Below are positions 13,314 through 28,962 of a stretch of DNA of 64,000 nucleotides, in pieces; the first letter of the stretch is position 1, and each line of letters starts with the position of its first letter. The notes under the pieces were generated by a model that saw only the letters and a list, made by a program, of their open reading frames with translations, was not told the origin of the DNA and did no database searches. The position numbers and the translations under genes were made by a program. Source of the stretch: the human T2T-CHM13v2.0 reference genome, Homo sapiens. The stretch is taken from assembly GCF_009914755.1 (NCBI RefSeq), contig NC_060932.1; one strand, 5' to 3'.

Positions 13314-14149
13314 CTGTCTTAATTCCTTGCAATTCTATCTAGTTATTAAAATTTTCTCAAATGCCACTTTTTCCATCAAGTTTTTTTCCTACTGGTTTGC
13401 CCCAACTAACAGTTGAATGATGTATGTGATCTCTCCTTTCTCTGACCTTTATTTGTGACTCTTCTAGAGTATTACATTTTACCTTGCATTTGTCATGTGT
13501 ATTCTGTTTACCAGACTGCAAACTTTTGGTATTTTTAACATAACTTATTCACAGTCATCTCTTTCATGTAGCAGAATTTCTAGCACTTTCTTAGCCTCGG
13601 TTCTATCAAAAGCAAAACTTGAAGGAAACAAAGAAATATGTGTGAATAGTTTTAGGAATGTGGTGCATAAAAGCTGCTCAATAAAGGTATAGATAGGAAA
13701 AACACTCAATAAATGTTTGTTGAAGGAATTTATAAGTAAAAATCCCTGGAGGACAGGCATCTTGCCTAATTAGTATAATTCCAGTGCCTAGCATAATTAT
13801 TGGTGCATATAACATGTCTTCAATAGATATTGGTTGAATGAATGAATGAATGCTGAGTGAGGTCAGTTCAAGGGACTTTACCCAGTATGAGAACTTAGTT
13901 TCATGAATGTCCTCAGCTCTACTGAAATATACCCTCCCCCATGGTCAGAGAGGAATAATAATATCAAAACTCCTAATAGATATGATCCTCTCTAAATTGC
14001 TATTATGTTAATGTGATTGTAATGTTCACAGTCAAATTTACATGTATCAAGTTATCACATCTGATTGATTCATTCTATGGCTAAAATGAAAAGCTCATTG
14101 TTCACCTATTTTTATTTGCTCACTATCTTTAATTAAAATTCTGACTTGT

Positions 14150-14280
14150 GAATTTTGAGAAGTGAAATTGAGACCCCAAGTAAGCTACCCAAGGTCACAC
14201 AGGTAGAAAACAGCAGAGCCAGAATTTAAAATTAGATTTACCCAATTCCAAAACTCACAGTGTTTCACTATTCCAAGCTG
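14150..14280 (-). mobile_element. MIR fragment
   Basis: GAAATTGAGACCCCAAGTAAGCTACCCAAGGTCACACAGGTAGAAAACAGCAGAGCCAGAATTTAAA. Confidence 0.7.
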
Positions 14281-14999
14281 ACTTGGCTTCAAATCATTTG
14301 ACTTTTCCTGACCTCAAAATCCCCCACTCACCAGCTCAAGTTGATTCCTTTATTTTCATCATCCTGCTAGCGTTGAATTGTTTCTAGGCTTCCCATCATC
14401 TTGTGATAGGAATGCCACCCACTTATGCTGTGCTGACCTCCGTCTGGTCCTCGTCAATGTGATTTTTCCTTCATCATCTCTTCAGGGTACTTGCCCTTTC
14501 TTTGCCACCTTCCAACACCATATGGCACATTCTTATGCCACATGGCTTCCATACATCCTGCCTCCTTATGCTCTTCATTCTCTTAATTCCCTTTATATGC
14601 ACTTTGACAATTTCTCCCAGCTCTTGGATTTCTGATCTCTACTTTCATCCCAGGTTTCACTGCCATGCCCTGTTCTTTCTCATTTCATGGCAGTCTATAT
14701 AGTTATGATTGCAACATATGTCTATAATTCCTTCCTAGTACTGGGAACATCCATCACTCTGCTGACACCATATAAATTCTGTGCATACATTTCAGATTTG
14801 AGAGGAAGGGAGGACACTTTCATCCAAAATGAGCTGACATTGCTTCACAAGTTGATTTGGGGGCCCACCAACCCCCTACAAAGTGGCATCATATGAATGT
14901 ACAAAGAATTCTGAGACAAAGATTTTTATTGAATTTCTGGAGATTAACTCACATACATATACACAAATAGAATCACACACACAAAACACATATGTCATT

Positions 15000-16440
15000 T
15001 TTCTTTTGTTTCCAAATTTATATTATACATTTGTAAATACTGAAATGTTTAAATGAACAATGAACATCCATATGCCCAACATCTAAATTCAATAACTGTT
15101 AACTTTTGCCACATTTGCTTAATGTAGCTATAAATGTGTTTGTATTTTTCAAATAAACTATGTGAAAATCAATGAAAGACATCAAGATGCTTCAGGATGT
15201 ATCTCCTAAAGAATGAGGACATGTTCATTTACAGCCATACTATTCCATTATCATATGTAAGGAGTTAACAACAATTCCTTAGTAACATCAAATAGAGGTA
15301 CATATTCAAATTTCTTCCAGTTGTTCTTAAGTGTATTCTATAACTTTAAAAAAGTCATAATCAGGAGGCTAAGGCAGAAGAATCCCTTGAACCCTGGAGG
15401 CAGAGGTTGCAGTGAGCCGAAATGGCACCACTGCACTCCAGCCTGGGCAACAAAGGCAGACGCCATCTAAAAAAAAAAAAAAAAAATTCAGGATCAATAA
15501 ACTTTCATATAGTGCATTTGGGTATGTTGTCTTTTTAGTGTCTTTTCATTTACAGTAATAGTCTTCCTGCCTGTTTTTTATGTCTAGACATGACCAAACA
15601 AGGCTGATTCCCTTGTAAAATACGTCTCATTCTGGATCTTGTGTTGTCACGTAATTTCTTTCTCCATCCCTTTATTTTCTGTAAATTGTAACTTATGTTT
15701 AAAGTATTGATTAGGTTCTTGCTAACATTTTTTGAAAGAGTATTTCCTAGATGATTATATTTACTTCAAATTGCCTCACATCAGGGGACATATAATATTA
15801 GGTCTGTCCCACTATTTGATCTCTTGGTTAGGATGGGGAAAGCCAGATGTCTCCATTGTAAAGTTGCACTTTTCCCATTGCAATTGGCAAGTAGTCTGTG
15901 AAGTGACACTTTGGCAGAGTGTGAATTATCTATTCCCCTGACTGCCTTTCCCATAATGATTTTAGCATCCACTGGTGATCTTTCCTGAATTAATTACTGT
16001 ATTGAGGGTTAGAAAATGTTGATTTTTCTAATTCTGTCATTCATTCTAGATAGAATTAGTACCTAGCCTTGCTCTATAAAGAAAAACTTATTATATCAAC
16101 TAGGATAAAACTATACTTCATCTAAATAAAAGGCAGAATAGGTACTTATTAGTTCTCTTTAATTACCAGTATTTAAAGGATTATTGTAATCATCATCTCC
16201 AATTGAGGCTAATGAGCTTCCTCCTCCTTTCTTTCCTTTTAGCCTTATGGATTTTATTTATTCTATGATTATAATCATTAAAGTCATGATTCTTATCCCT
16301 CTTCAAATTATTCGAATTTTGGCCAGTAGGACCTCCTTCAAGCTGGCTTCTGTTTCCTTTTGACACAACTACATTAGACTTTGCATGTTTCCTTCCTGAG
16401 CACAAGGTGCTCAGACTCCCTTTGAGCTTTTCTTCTCGGG
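15000..16440 (-). mobile_element. Old L1 3' region (L1MC4/5-like)
   Basis: ATGAACATCCATATGCCCAACATCTAAATTCAATAACTGTTAACTTTTGCCACATTTGCT and TTTTGGCCAGTAGGACCTCCTTCAAGCTGGCTTCTG, typical of the L1MC 3' UTR in reverse. Confidence 0.7.
15361..15486 (+). mobile_element. 5'-truncated Alu (right arm only) inside L1MC
   Basis: TCAGGAGGCTAAGGCAGAAGAATCCCTTGAACCCTGGAGGCAGAGGTTGCAGTGAGCCG...CTCCAGCCTGGGCAAC, then A18. Confidence 0.95.
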
Positions 16441-17897
16441 ATTATTTTAGCAAGAAAATATACTAATTTTTATATTTAGATGAAAAAAAAGAACACTGTG
16501 CCCATAATTCGTGGCAGGTCATTCCAAAAATAAGCCTAATGTAACACAAATACATTAACTCCAGAAATCTGTTCTAACCATCAGAAGAAAGATGTTCAGA
16601 ATCATAACCTAATTTTCTGTTTCACTCCACCAATGAGAAATAAGCATATAAAGGAGACAGAAAGAGAAAATGACATGACTCCTGGACCATACCCATGGTG
16701 TACTGATATGTACAAGCAAACAAAGAAAGAGTGGAGAGGTACCAGCACCACTATAAATTTAAAAGCTTGAATTACAAGAAAATATCAAATGTCATACTTT
16801 AACATTTATAAGGTAGGCTACAAAATTTATGAAAGATGTTTCTTAACTTACCACCATGCCAAAATTTAATATTTAAGGAAAATAATAGTAGTGCTAGTTG
16901 AATATTGGTTTGGTCATAGCCAAAATCATATGGAAGCAAAGTAAAAATTTGATAAGCTAAACCACAGTGAAATATCTAATATTATATATAATATCAGATA
17001 AGTGCCTTGAAAATAAGTATTCTCTACAAATAAACACCAATAATTACATTCCTACAATTTGTCATCAATGTCAGAATCTAGAATGACCCTTAGACAATTC
17101 AGTAAATTCAGAGCTTGTACCCACACAGTCTTTCAAAAGTCTATACTAGTCTCAGTGAGAATCATGGTAACATTTGAATCTGTTTATCATACTAGGGCTT
17201 CCACACACACAAAAAGCCTCACAAAAGAGCACAGCCATCCTACAAAGGTTAAGTGAACTGCAGGAGTTTATAATAAAAACATTTAGACATTCCCAGAACA
17301 AAATAAAATTAATGGATCACTCATGTAGTTGGAATTCAGAGAAGCAGAGCTCACACAACTCCAAACAGATGTTAATAAGGGCAATGCCAAAGAGAAGATG
17401 TGCCAGCCTGCTTTTCAGGAACAGTGATTATTTTGGTCACTAACACCATAGCTTTGTGGTGAAATACTTTAATAGGTTAAAACAGTGCTACTTCTTTTCT
17501 TTCCTCTAGAAAGAGGTAACATGGACAATATCTACCACATTTCAGACATATTTATCCTCTTATACACATATGTACTGCTCCACCCAATTTTAAGAAAGAA
17601 TATCAGGCAAGCATACTTGTCTGTTGTCATATTCTTTGAAACAGCAACTACTTCTACCAGAGGTAGTTCCTCAGGGCTTTAAGAGCATCTGTTACACAGC
17701 TGGAGGGAGAGGCTTACAGCTATTGAGCTGTGCACAGGACCCTTTCACAACTCTAAGTTTTGCCATTATTTAAGGACCATTTTTTCACACAAGGTATTCA
17801 TAATGCATGGGCAGATAACGGCCTACTTTCCACTGTGTTTGAGATGGGGAAGAACAATGCCCAGGCACTTTTTTCCTCTCTGTTAATGGCACTTAAA

Positions 17898-17928
<31 letters not shown>

Positions 17929-17930
17929 GT
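17898..17930. repeat. (TG)n microsatellite
   Basis: TG run with one CG interruption. Confidence 0.95.
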
Positions 17931-18819
17931 GGCGGGGCAGAGGGTGGCCAAGATCCCTTTGAATGTCTGATGAAAACTATGGGCTCTCTCCCTGGAAAAA
18001 TGCACAATACTTTGAGTGCAATTTGACGGTGTTTATTGCTCCCCCGAAGTCCATCCTTGGACAGCTGTGGACTCTATGAGCTCTGAGAAGGAAGCCTCCA
18101 CCCACACAGACAAGGCTGCTAAGCATAAAAATGGAGTGAAGCACAGCATTCCACTCAACATTTTGCCGAAAGAGAATGTATTCCTGTGTTACTGTCACAT
18201 AAATACAATTAAATTTTTATCTCAGCTTTTTAAAAATTCAAATGAAGAGCCAAGAATAAGTCAATGATAAAATTCGTGGCAATCCTAGGTATTTCCACAG
18301 CTTCCAAAGTAGTGTGATTATGAAAGAGTTATAATAAATTTAAAAAAAAACTGATAACAAGAAATTTCAGCCTGGAAAAGACAGTGGCATAAACCAGATT
18401 TCTTAAAGGCCACTGCATTTCCCATGCCATTCTAGTTAGTAATGGATTAGAAACAGTTCTTTGTGATAATATAAGATCTTGATTTCTTCCCTAGGAGTTA
18501 GTTGTTTCTTTTCCTGGTAGTTTAGGAAGACATTATTATGTGCAACTGCTAATACCATTAGTTTTTAAGTTAAGAAAAGTTTAGTGGAGATTTATGAAAT
18601 TCCACGATGACTGTCCATGCTTAAAGGTAATCTCTCCTCTAAAGTTGAAATTATTGATGCTTGTTGGGTGCCTGGTTCAAGGGCTCATTTGTTTTTAATC
18701 TCAGGCTATTTTATGAATTGATTTTGCTGTGCCTGGACACTTATGAGGAGCCAAGAAAGAATATTTATCTCAGCAAGTTTTCTTTCCAGAAAATCCCACC
18801 TGATAACGAGCCCTTCATA

Positions 18820-19250
18820 GTGCTTTTTACCATGACCTTCAAGGCCCTTGCAATCTGCCCTCCAGGTATCACCAGCTTCATCTCGTATGATCACCCTCCT
18901 CAGATCCCTTACCATTTCTTGCAGGGCCCTGCATCCATGTCTTTTACCACGCTTTGCTAGTTGCCTGAAATGCCATTTTCTTTTCTTCTATCTAATGAAG
19001 AGCTACTTGTTCTTCAAAGTCCAGCTAGGCTTGTCTCTCCACTGAGAAGCCTTCCCCTACTTGCTCAGGCACACACAGTCCCCTGTTATCCACTGCCCTA
19101 GCTCTTTGTTGGAAGAAAGGAAGGAGGGAGGAAAGAAAAACAAATGAATGCTGTGAGTGCCACATGAGTAAAGATCATGCTTGTGTTTTCATCTATGTGG
19201 TTGTAATGCTTACTACAGGGCCTGGTGTTTGACAAATAATTATTATAATT
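18820..19250 (+). mobile_element. L2 fragments
   Basis: CCTTCAAGGCCCTTGCAATCTGCCC...TTCTTCAAAGTCCAGCTAGGCTTGTCTCTCCACTGAGAAGCCTTCCC. Confidence 0.65.
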
Positions 19251-19374
19251 AATTAGTTACTCCAATGCATTTTTTATTCTTTTCAAATCAAAATTTATAA
19301 TTAGGTATTTACTTTTTTATTTAGAAATTTAACATAGATTTATCCTGTTAACCCATAAATGCCATGAGGGGTAT

Positions 19375-20612
19375 ATTTTTTAAATTTATTTAACAGCTTT
19401 ATTGAGATATAATTGATATACAAAGAACTGCACATATGTAATGTGTACAATATGATAGGTTTGGACGTATGCAAATACTCACATGCCATCACCATAATCA
19501 AGGTAACACATCTAACACCTTCCTAAGTTTCCTTGTGTCCTTTTGTTTTTTTGTTGTTTGTTTGTTTTGTGGTAAGAACACTTAATATAAGATCTATCCT
19601 CTTAAAATATTTTGAAGTACACAATACCCTATTGTTAACTTCAAACACTATGTTGTACAGCAGACCTTGAGAACTTATTCATCTAGCATAACTGAAGCTT
19701 TATACCCACTGAACAACAACTCTCCATTTACCTCTCCCTCTAGTTTCTGTAAACCACTATTGTATTCTCTGCTTCTTTGAGTTTGACTATTTTAGAAACT
19801 TCATATAAGTGGAATAATGCGGTATTTGTGCTTCTGTGATGCTATTTAGCTTAGCAAAATGCCCTAAAGTTTCATCCATATTGTCACAAATGGCAGACTT
19901 TTTTCCCTTTTTAGGCTGAGTAATATTCCATTTTATGTAAATACCACATTGCTTTATCTATTCATCTGTTGATAGACACTTGTGTTGTTCCATATATCTT
20001 GGCTATTGTAAATAATGCTGCAATGAACATAAGAGTGCAGGTATTTTTTCTGGATTCTGATTTCCTTTCTTTGGGATGTATACCCAGAAGTGGGATTGCT
20101 GGATAATACAGTAGTTCTATTATTAATATTTGAGAAAACTCCATACTCTTCTCCATAGTGACTGTACCATTTTGCATTTTCACCAACAGTGTACAAGGGT
20201 TTCAATTTGTCCACATCCCCAACACTTTATGTGTGTGTGTGCACGCATATGTGTGCGCACACCCAGGCTGGAGTGCAGTGATGTGATTATGGCTGCAGTG
20301 AGCCATGGTCACACCATGATCACACATCCTAGGCTTAAGTGATCTTTCTGAGTAGCTGGGAATAGAGGCATGTGCCAACACGCCTGAATAATTTTTGTAT
20401 TTTTAGTAAAGATAAGGTTTTGCCATGTTGCCAGGCTGGTCTCAAACTCCTGAGCACAAGTGATCCACCTGCCTCAGTTTCCCAAAGTGTTAGGATTATA
20501 GGCATGAGCCACTGCGCCTGGCCCCCATCACTTTTTATCTTTTTTTTATCTTAATAGTAGCCATCCTAACAGGTGTGAGTTGTAATCTCGTTGTTTTGAT
20601 TTGCATTTCCCA
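19375..20612 (-). mobile_element. L1MA9/10-L1MB-like 3' end, interrupted by an Alu
   Basis: CAGCTTTATTGAGATATAATTGATATACAAAGAACTGCACA; minus-strand ORFs 19954-20214 resemble the ORF2p C-terminus (PAIPLLGIHPKE...MFIAALFTIAK). Confidence 0.9.
20261..20523 (-). mobile_element. Alu (AluJ-like) with internal inversion; tail replaced by an RY tract
   Basis: CCCAGGCTGGAGTGCAGTG...GGATTATAGGCATGAGCCACTGCGCCTGGCC; TSD-like CCCCA(A/T)CACTTT on both sides. Confidence 0.9.
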
Positions 20613-20749
20613 GATCTTCCAAAGTATTTCAAAGTGCCTTTCACCTCTTCAAAGCAAAATTCATATTTTAAATACCAAGTGCATAGCGGGAATAAATGTG
20701 AGAGTTCTGTGAAAAGTGTGGAGTCTCATGTTACTTTATTTTGGTTTTC

Positions 20750-20945
20750 AGAAGGCAGCATAATATAGTGATTAGGATTTCAGGCTCTAGAGTCAGACAC
20801 CAAAAATTGATCTAAGTTACTAGAGCAGTCTGTAATAACAGAACCAGACTTATAAAATCTATGTGAGGATTAAGTGAGATGATACACATAACAGCCTTGT
20901 CCACGGTGCATAGCAAAGAGTTAATGAAAATTTAGCTAGAAGTGA
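20750..20945 (+). mobile_element. MIR
   Basis: GGCAGCATAATATAGTGATTAGGATTTCAGGCTCTAGAGTCAGAC...GTGAGGATTAAGTGAGATGATACAC. Confidence 0.75.
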
Positions 20946-22046
20946 TGACGAAGGTGGTGGTGGAGGTTATAGTGGTAACATTTATTTAAAACAATTAGAA
21001 GGCAGCTATTTTAATTTCTTAGAATAATCCCTAGCCCTATGATTGTACAAATATTGCAATAGATTGTGTTTTTCTTCAAATGTTTGTAGCATTTAGTCTT
21101 TAACATGAGTGAATAATGAGAAATGAAGATTGTTATCTTATTTGTAAGAATAGGCAGGCTCTAGGGTAAAACATTGCCTTGTCCTTTCAACCAAGGAAAA
21201 AAGAATAAAAGTTTCTGTGTACCAAGGGGCTAAAAGTGGTATAGCAAAAGCATTTAGGGGGTACAGTGGGTACATAATGAAAAGGATGGTGGCTTATCAT
21301 CAATGAAACAAAAACATATCCATAACCATAAATTATGAAATATGAAGAATATTTGCCAAATACTGTGAAACTTGGACCAAAAGAGAAATAGTACTGACAT
21401 CTATTCCTATATTCTTTAGGCAGGAAGAGATTTCTTAAAATTAAGTGTCCAAGTTCCTAAAAGCCCATATATTAAACTTTTGATTAAGGCAATAAAATAG
21501 AGGGTTTTAGAAAGGTCTTAGAAAAAGAGGAGAATGTTCCTACAGTAATCAAGTTGATAAACAGTTTATCAGGAGAGATGGGATTAAAGTACACCTCATA
21601 CTAATATATCTTTTTACGATGTATTATATAATATTATAACATTTATAATTACGTAAAATATCTGCTGGAGGTATAATAAAGGAAGAAGGGTAAGCAGTGA
21701 AAATAAGACTATAAATCAGAGAGCATATTACCTAAGGGCTATAAGCCACTCCAACTTCCTGAATGGGAAAAGACTGAAGATGATAGGCAATCAGGACAAA
21801 GTAATGACAAATTTGGTTACAGGGCATGGAATAACACAAACTTAATTTAAATCTGGGTATTAACCAAGCTAAATCGATTGAATTTTCCTCTGACTTTAAC
21901 TGGCAAATAAGTGTTCTGAGTTCAGTACTCATTTAAAGATTCATTTCTACTACCTAGTAGGTAGAAAGGAAACAATAGTGGGAGGCATGGCAGAAATACC
22001 AGGTTGGGGAGAGAGGAGGAAATAAATATATGCAAAAAGCAAATAA

Positions 22047-23886
22047 TCTCAGGATACAAAATCAATGTGCAAAAATCACAAGCATTGCTATGCACCAATA
22101 ACAGAGAGCCAAATCATGAGTGAACTCCCATTCACAATTGCTTCAAAGAGAATAAAATATCTAGGAATACAACCTGTAAGGGATATGAAGCAGTGCTTCA
22201 AGGAGAACTACAAACCACTGCTCAAGGAAATAAGAGAGGACACAAACAAATGGAAAAACATCCCATGCTCATGGGCAGGAAGAATCAATACCGTGAAAAT
22301 GGCCACACTGCCCAAAGTAATTTATAGATTCAATGCTATTCCCATCAAGCTACCATTGACTTTATTCACAGAATTAGAAAAAACTACTTTAAATTTCATA
22401 TGGAACCAAAAAAGACCCATATAGCCAAGACAATCCTAAGCAAAAAGAACAAACCTGGAGGCATTATGCTACCTGACTTCAAACTATACTACAAGGCTAC
22501 GGTAACCAAAACAGCATGGTACAAGTATCAAAACAGATATATAGACCAATGGAAGAGAACAGAGGCCTCAGAAATGACAACACACATCTACAACCATCTG
22601 ATCTTTGACAAACCTGACAAAAACAAGCAACGAGGAAAGGAGTCCCTATTTAATAAATGGTGTTGGAAAAACTGGCTAGCCATGTTCAGAAAACTGAAAC
22701 TGGACCCCTTCCTTACACCTTATACAAAAATTAACTCAAGATGGATTAAGGACTTAAACATAAAACCTAAATTCATAAAAACCCTAGAACAAAACCGAGG
22801 CAATACCATTTAGGACATAGGCATGGGTAAAGCCTTCATGACCAAAACACCAAAAGCAATGGCAACGAAAGCCAAAATTGACAAATGGGATCTAATTAAA
22901 CTAGAGAGCTTCTGCACAGCAAAAGAAACTATCATCAGAGTGAACAGACAACCTACAGAATGGGAAAAAACTTTTGCGATCTATCCATCTGACAAAGGGC
23001 TAATATCCAGAATCTACAAGGAACTTAAACAAATTTACAAGAAAAAAACAACCCCATCAAAAAGTGGGTGAAGAATATGAACAGACACTTCTCAAAAGAA
23101 GACATTTATGTGGCCAACAAACATATCAAAAAAAGCTTATCATCACTAGTCATTATAGAAATGCAACTCAAAACCACAGTGAGATACCATCTCATGCCAG
23201 TTAGAATGACGATCATTAAAAATCAGGAAACAACAGATGCTGGAAAGGATATGGAGAAATAGGAATGCTTTTACACTGTTGGTGGGAGTGTAAATTAGTT
23301 CAACCATTGTGGAAGACAGTGTGGAGATTCCTCAAGGATCTAGAACTAGAAATAAAAATTTGACCCAGCAGTCGCATTACTAGGTACATACCCAAAGCAT
23401 TATAAATCATTCTACTATAAAGACACATGCATATGTATGTTTACTGCAGCACTATTCACAATAGCAAAGACTTGGAACCAACCCAAATGTCCATCAATGA
23501 TAGACTGGATAAAGAAAATGTGGCACATATATACCATGGAATACTATGCAGCCATAAGAAAGAATGAGTTCATTTCATTTGCAGTGACATGAATGAAGCT
23601 GGAAACCATCATCCTCAGCAAACTAGCACAGGAACAGAAAACCAAAGACTCAAAGTTCTCACTATATGTGGGAGTTGAACAATGAGAATACATGGACACA
23701 AGGAGGGGAACATCACACACTGGGGCCTGTTGGGTAGTGGGGTGCTAGGGGAGGGATAGCATTAGGAGAAATACCTAATGTAGATGACAGGCTGATGGGT
23801 GCAGCACGCCACCATGGCACGTGTATACCTATGTAACAAACCTGCACATTCTGCAGATGTATCCTAGAACTTAAAGTATAATTTTA
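22047..23886 (+). mobile_element. 5'-truncated L1PA (L1PA6-8-like), ORF2 3' part plus 3' UTR
   Basis: High similarity to primate L1; perfect 13-bp TSD AAAAAGCAAATAA at 22034-22046 and 23887-23899; 3' end ACTTAAAGTATAAT. Confidence 0.97.
22065..23678 (+). pseudogene. Disrupted L1 ORF2p C-terminal coding relic
   Basis: ORFs 22065..22424, 22400..22813, 22823..23071 and 23068..23262 translate to ORF2p segments ([53 protein letters not shown]) broken by frameshifts and stops. Confidence 0.9.
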
Positions 23887-23939
23887 AAAAAGCAAATAAA
23901 TTAGCAAATATAAGTATTTCACCTAGAAATAGAGAAAGA

Positions 23940-25300
<1,361 letters not shown>

Positions 25301-25409
25301 TTAATATTTTAACTCTAGAGTTTTATCTTTTAAGAATTATATGATTTGTGTGTGTATAAAATACATAATACACACATCTACATACATACAAAGGATTTAG
25401 AATAGATAT

Positions 25410-25630
25410 GTTCTAGGTCACTTGCATTTCTATATAAGTTTTATCATCAATTTGGTAATTTCAACAAAAAAGTCTGCTGGAGTATTTATTAGACTGCTTT
25501 AAATTTATAGATAAATTGAGGAGAATGGACATCTTAACTATATTGTCTTTTATCCTATCAGCATGGTATATCTTGCCAATTATTTAGATTTAATTTAATA
25601 TCAGAATAATTGTTTTTTAACTTCTTTATA
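25410..25630 (-). mobile_element. L1M ORF2 fragment
   Basis: CTGCTGGAGTATTTATTAGACTGCTTTAAATTTATAGATAAATTGAGGAGAATGGACATCTTAAC, L1 ORF2 in reverse. Confidence 0.7.
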
Positions 25631-27606
25631 TTTTATCGCCCTCCAGCACAGTCTTGCTCATAATGGATACCCAGGAAATATTTACTCAATGTAATCGACG
25701 TCCCCCAAACCAAAATATTTATTCTGGAATAATAAATCTGTAGGTAGAGATGAGAGTAAGAAAAAGATAGGTAAAGATACAGGTAAATATATTGTTCCAA
25801 CATCAATTTAAAGTTTAAAGGTCTACTGCTTTTGCACAATTTAAAGTTCAAAAGAGCATTTATTTTTATTTAGCCAGCAAATCTCCCACTGGAATTCCGT
25901 ATCTTATCTCCACCACACATATAATTATCACTGAATTAATACTTGTTGAATGAATAGCCTTTACACTTAACTCTTGAATATCTGCCCCACACTGTTGTGT
26001 CATTAAACCTGATTTGTTTTCAAGAAGGAAGCAGATCTTCTACAAATGCTTGCTGAAACTGCACATGAAACACTATTCTGCAAACATCTCAGGAATAGTG
26101 TCGTGAGGATGTTACTCAAAGAACATGACATTTAAACGCAGAAGCCCTGACAACGAAGACCTGAGAAATTGATGAAACTATGGTTGAGTCATAGAAAATG
26201 ATAGTTATGTAACTACTGGGTCTTCGAAAAAAAAGGGTTGAGAAAAGAGGAGTGGGGCTGGAAAAGCGGGGAGGAGGAAAGTTTAAACATTTGAGAGGTA
26301 ATGGAAGGCAATGAACAAATAATGATGAACATTAGTAGTTATAAAATAAATGCACTTGGAGAACTACTGATTGGGTTTATAAAACTATATTGTAACATAC
26401 AATTATGTAAACATTCTTCTATATATATCATGATAAAGTGGTCAAGACATTAACAACAGGGTATTGTCCTGCTTTTCTTTAATGTTAAATCCAGGATGCC
26501 CTTAACAACCAGCTGGTGTGCTTTTCTGAAATGACTAACTGGTGTTAAGAACACAGTCTTTTATTTTAGGACAGTGCATTTCTCTTTAGACATTAGTGTG
26601 CTGAACCTTAGTGTCACATATTTGAAACTCTAACCCACTAAGTTCATTGTCCCTGATTAAAACATTAATAATGCTACAACAATATAATTGCATTGAAGTC
26701 ATTGTTTATTATAGAAAAAAAATGAGCAGGTAACATTGGCATTGCAAGAATAATGAGTATCTCACACAAAATAGGCAGGAGGGTTCAACAGATCTGCTGG
26801 ACTGATCTGGTGTGAAATAATTGCATTGATGACTTTCTTCAGGTTGTCATCACCAAATATCGCCTGGCAATTATTTTGAACAGCTGGCTGCTGTTATTGT
26901 GCATCTATTTATAAAGCTGTTCTCTTCAACAAAGCTGAGGTCTTATAAGCATCTGTCTGCAGCCAGTTTTTGTTTCTCATGGAAAGATGATTTTTTGCAG
27001 ACCTTAGTTCTTGTCAGCCTTTCCCCCTTCCCCGCCAATATTCAACATCCTTTTCTGGATCTTCTTTATTTATACATCATTTCTATTAACAGATCTGTCC
27101 CATCCAACCAAAATGAAAACAACCCTGAATTAATTAAGCCACGACTGGCTTCTGTCATATCATAAAACAAATGAGATTATGTCTTATCCCTGTGCTTACA
27201 AAGTCTACTTCCAAACACATATGGGATGACAGCAATAGTTCTTCAACTTCTGATTTCCTCTTGTAGAATTTCACGATGTTATGTTACGTTTTTATAGATG
27301 CAATTAAATGAAAAGAAATAGAAGTCATTGAAAAACTGCTTCAAATTAAAGAATAACATTTCTGGAAGAATTACCATAGAATATTTCAGCTTAAAAATAT
27401 ACTGTTTAGGTGCATATCCTAAGAAAGATTAAACAAATATGAGAAGGAGATGACAGCTTGGTGGTGGCCCTTTTTTCTCAGAGGACACCCGAGCATCTGT
27501 TATAGCTTTGGTCATTTGCTGATACTATTTGAAAGATAAAGCTAAGAAAGGAAATGTCTCATGAAAAATGTCCAGAAGTATATAAGTAATGGGAGATCTG
27601 CTAAAT

Positions 27607-28114
<508 letters not shown>

Positions 28115-28465
28115 TAATCCCATGAACAATCATAAATAGTAATTTAATGTTTAAGATTAGCAAATAAGCCAAATTTTTAAAATGCATATAAGAAAACATT
28201 ACAGGAGCTTGTTTTTTTTTAAATTTTACTCACAATAAAGTATGATATTGTTATATCTAGTCTTTTCTGTCCTATTATTTCACCCATTTTTAAAAGTTAC
28301 ATTAGTGTGACAGTTACAGAATTTGGAGGTTGAATGAAACCAAAAGAAAAAAAAAAAGCCTAACTCCATTTCATATATGAGTAAAATGACTTCCAAAGAG
28401 CGCTGAAATGACTTCCTTAAGGTCACCTGGCCTTGTCAGAAGCAAGGTTAAAACTAACATCTTTT

Positions 28466-28962
28466 TGAAGGAAATCCTGCCATTTGCAAAAACATAGATG
28501 AACCTGGAGGACATTATGCTAAATGAAATAATTCAGACACAGAAGGACAAATGCTACATGATTCTACCTATATGTCGAATCTGAAATAGTCAAATTTAGA
28601 AGCAGAGAGTGAAATGGTGGTTGCAGGGGCTGGTGGGAGGAAGAAGTGGGAGGTATTAGTCAATAAGTACAAAGTTTTGGTGACACAAGTTGAAAAGTTC
28701 TAGCGATCTACTGAACAACATTGTGCCTATAGTAAGTAATACTGTATTATATACTTAAACTTTTGCTGGGAGGGTAGATCTTCTGTTAAGAGCTCTTATC
28801 ACATTAATACCAATAAATAAATAGGGAGGCAGGAGGAACATTTTGTAGGTGATGGTTAGGTTTATGGCATAGATTGTGGTGATGGTTTCATGAGTATGTA
28901 CTTAATCTCCAAACTCATCGAGTTGTATACATTAAATATGTACAGTTTTTTATATGCCAAAA
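28466..28962 (+). mobile_element. L1MB1/2-like 3' end
   Basis: GAAGGAAATCCTGCCATTTGC...GATGAACCTGGAGGACATTATGCTAAATGAAATAA...CAAACTCATCGAGTTGTATACATTAAATATGTACAG. Confidence 0.88.

Noticed and set aside
22065-23262. Reverse-transcriptase-element ORFs as a possible active or novel retro-system
   Set aside because: Ordinary 5'-truncated L1PA ORF2 with frameshifts; lacks promoter, ORF1, endonuclease and most of the RT domain
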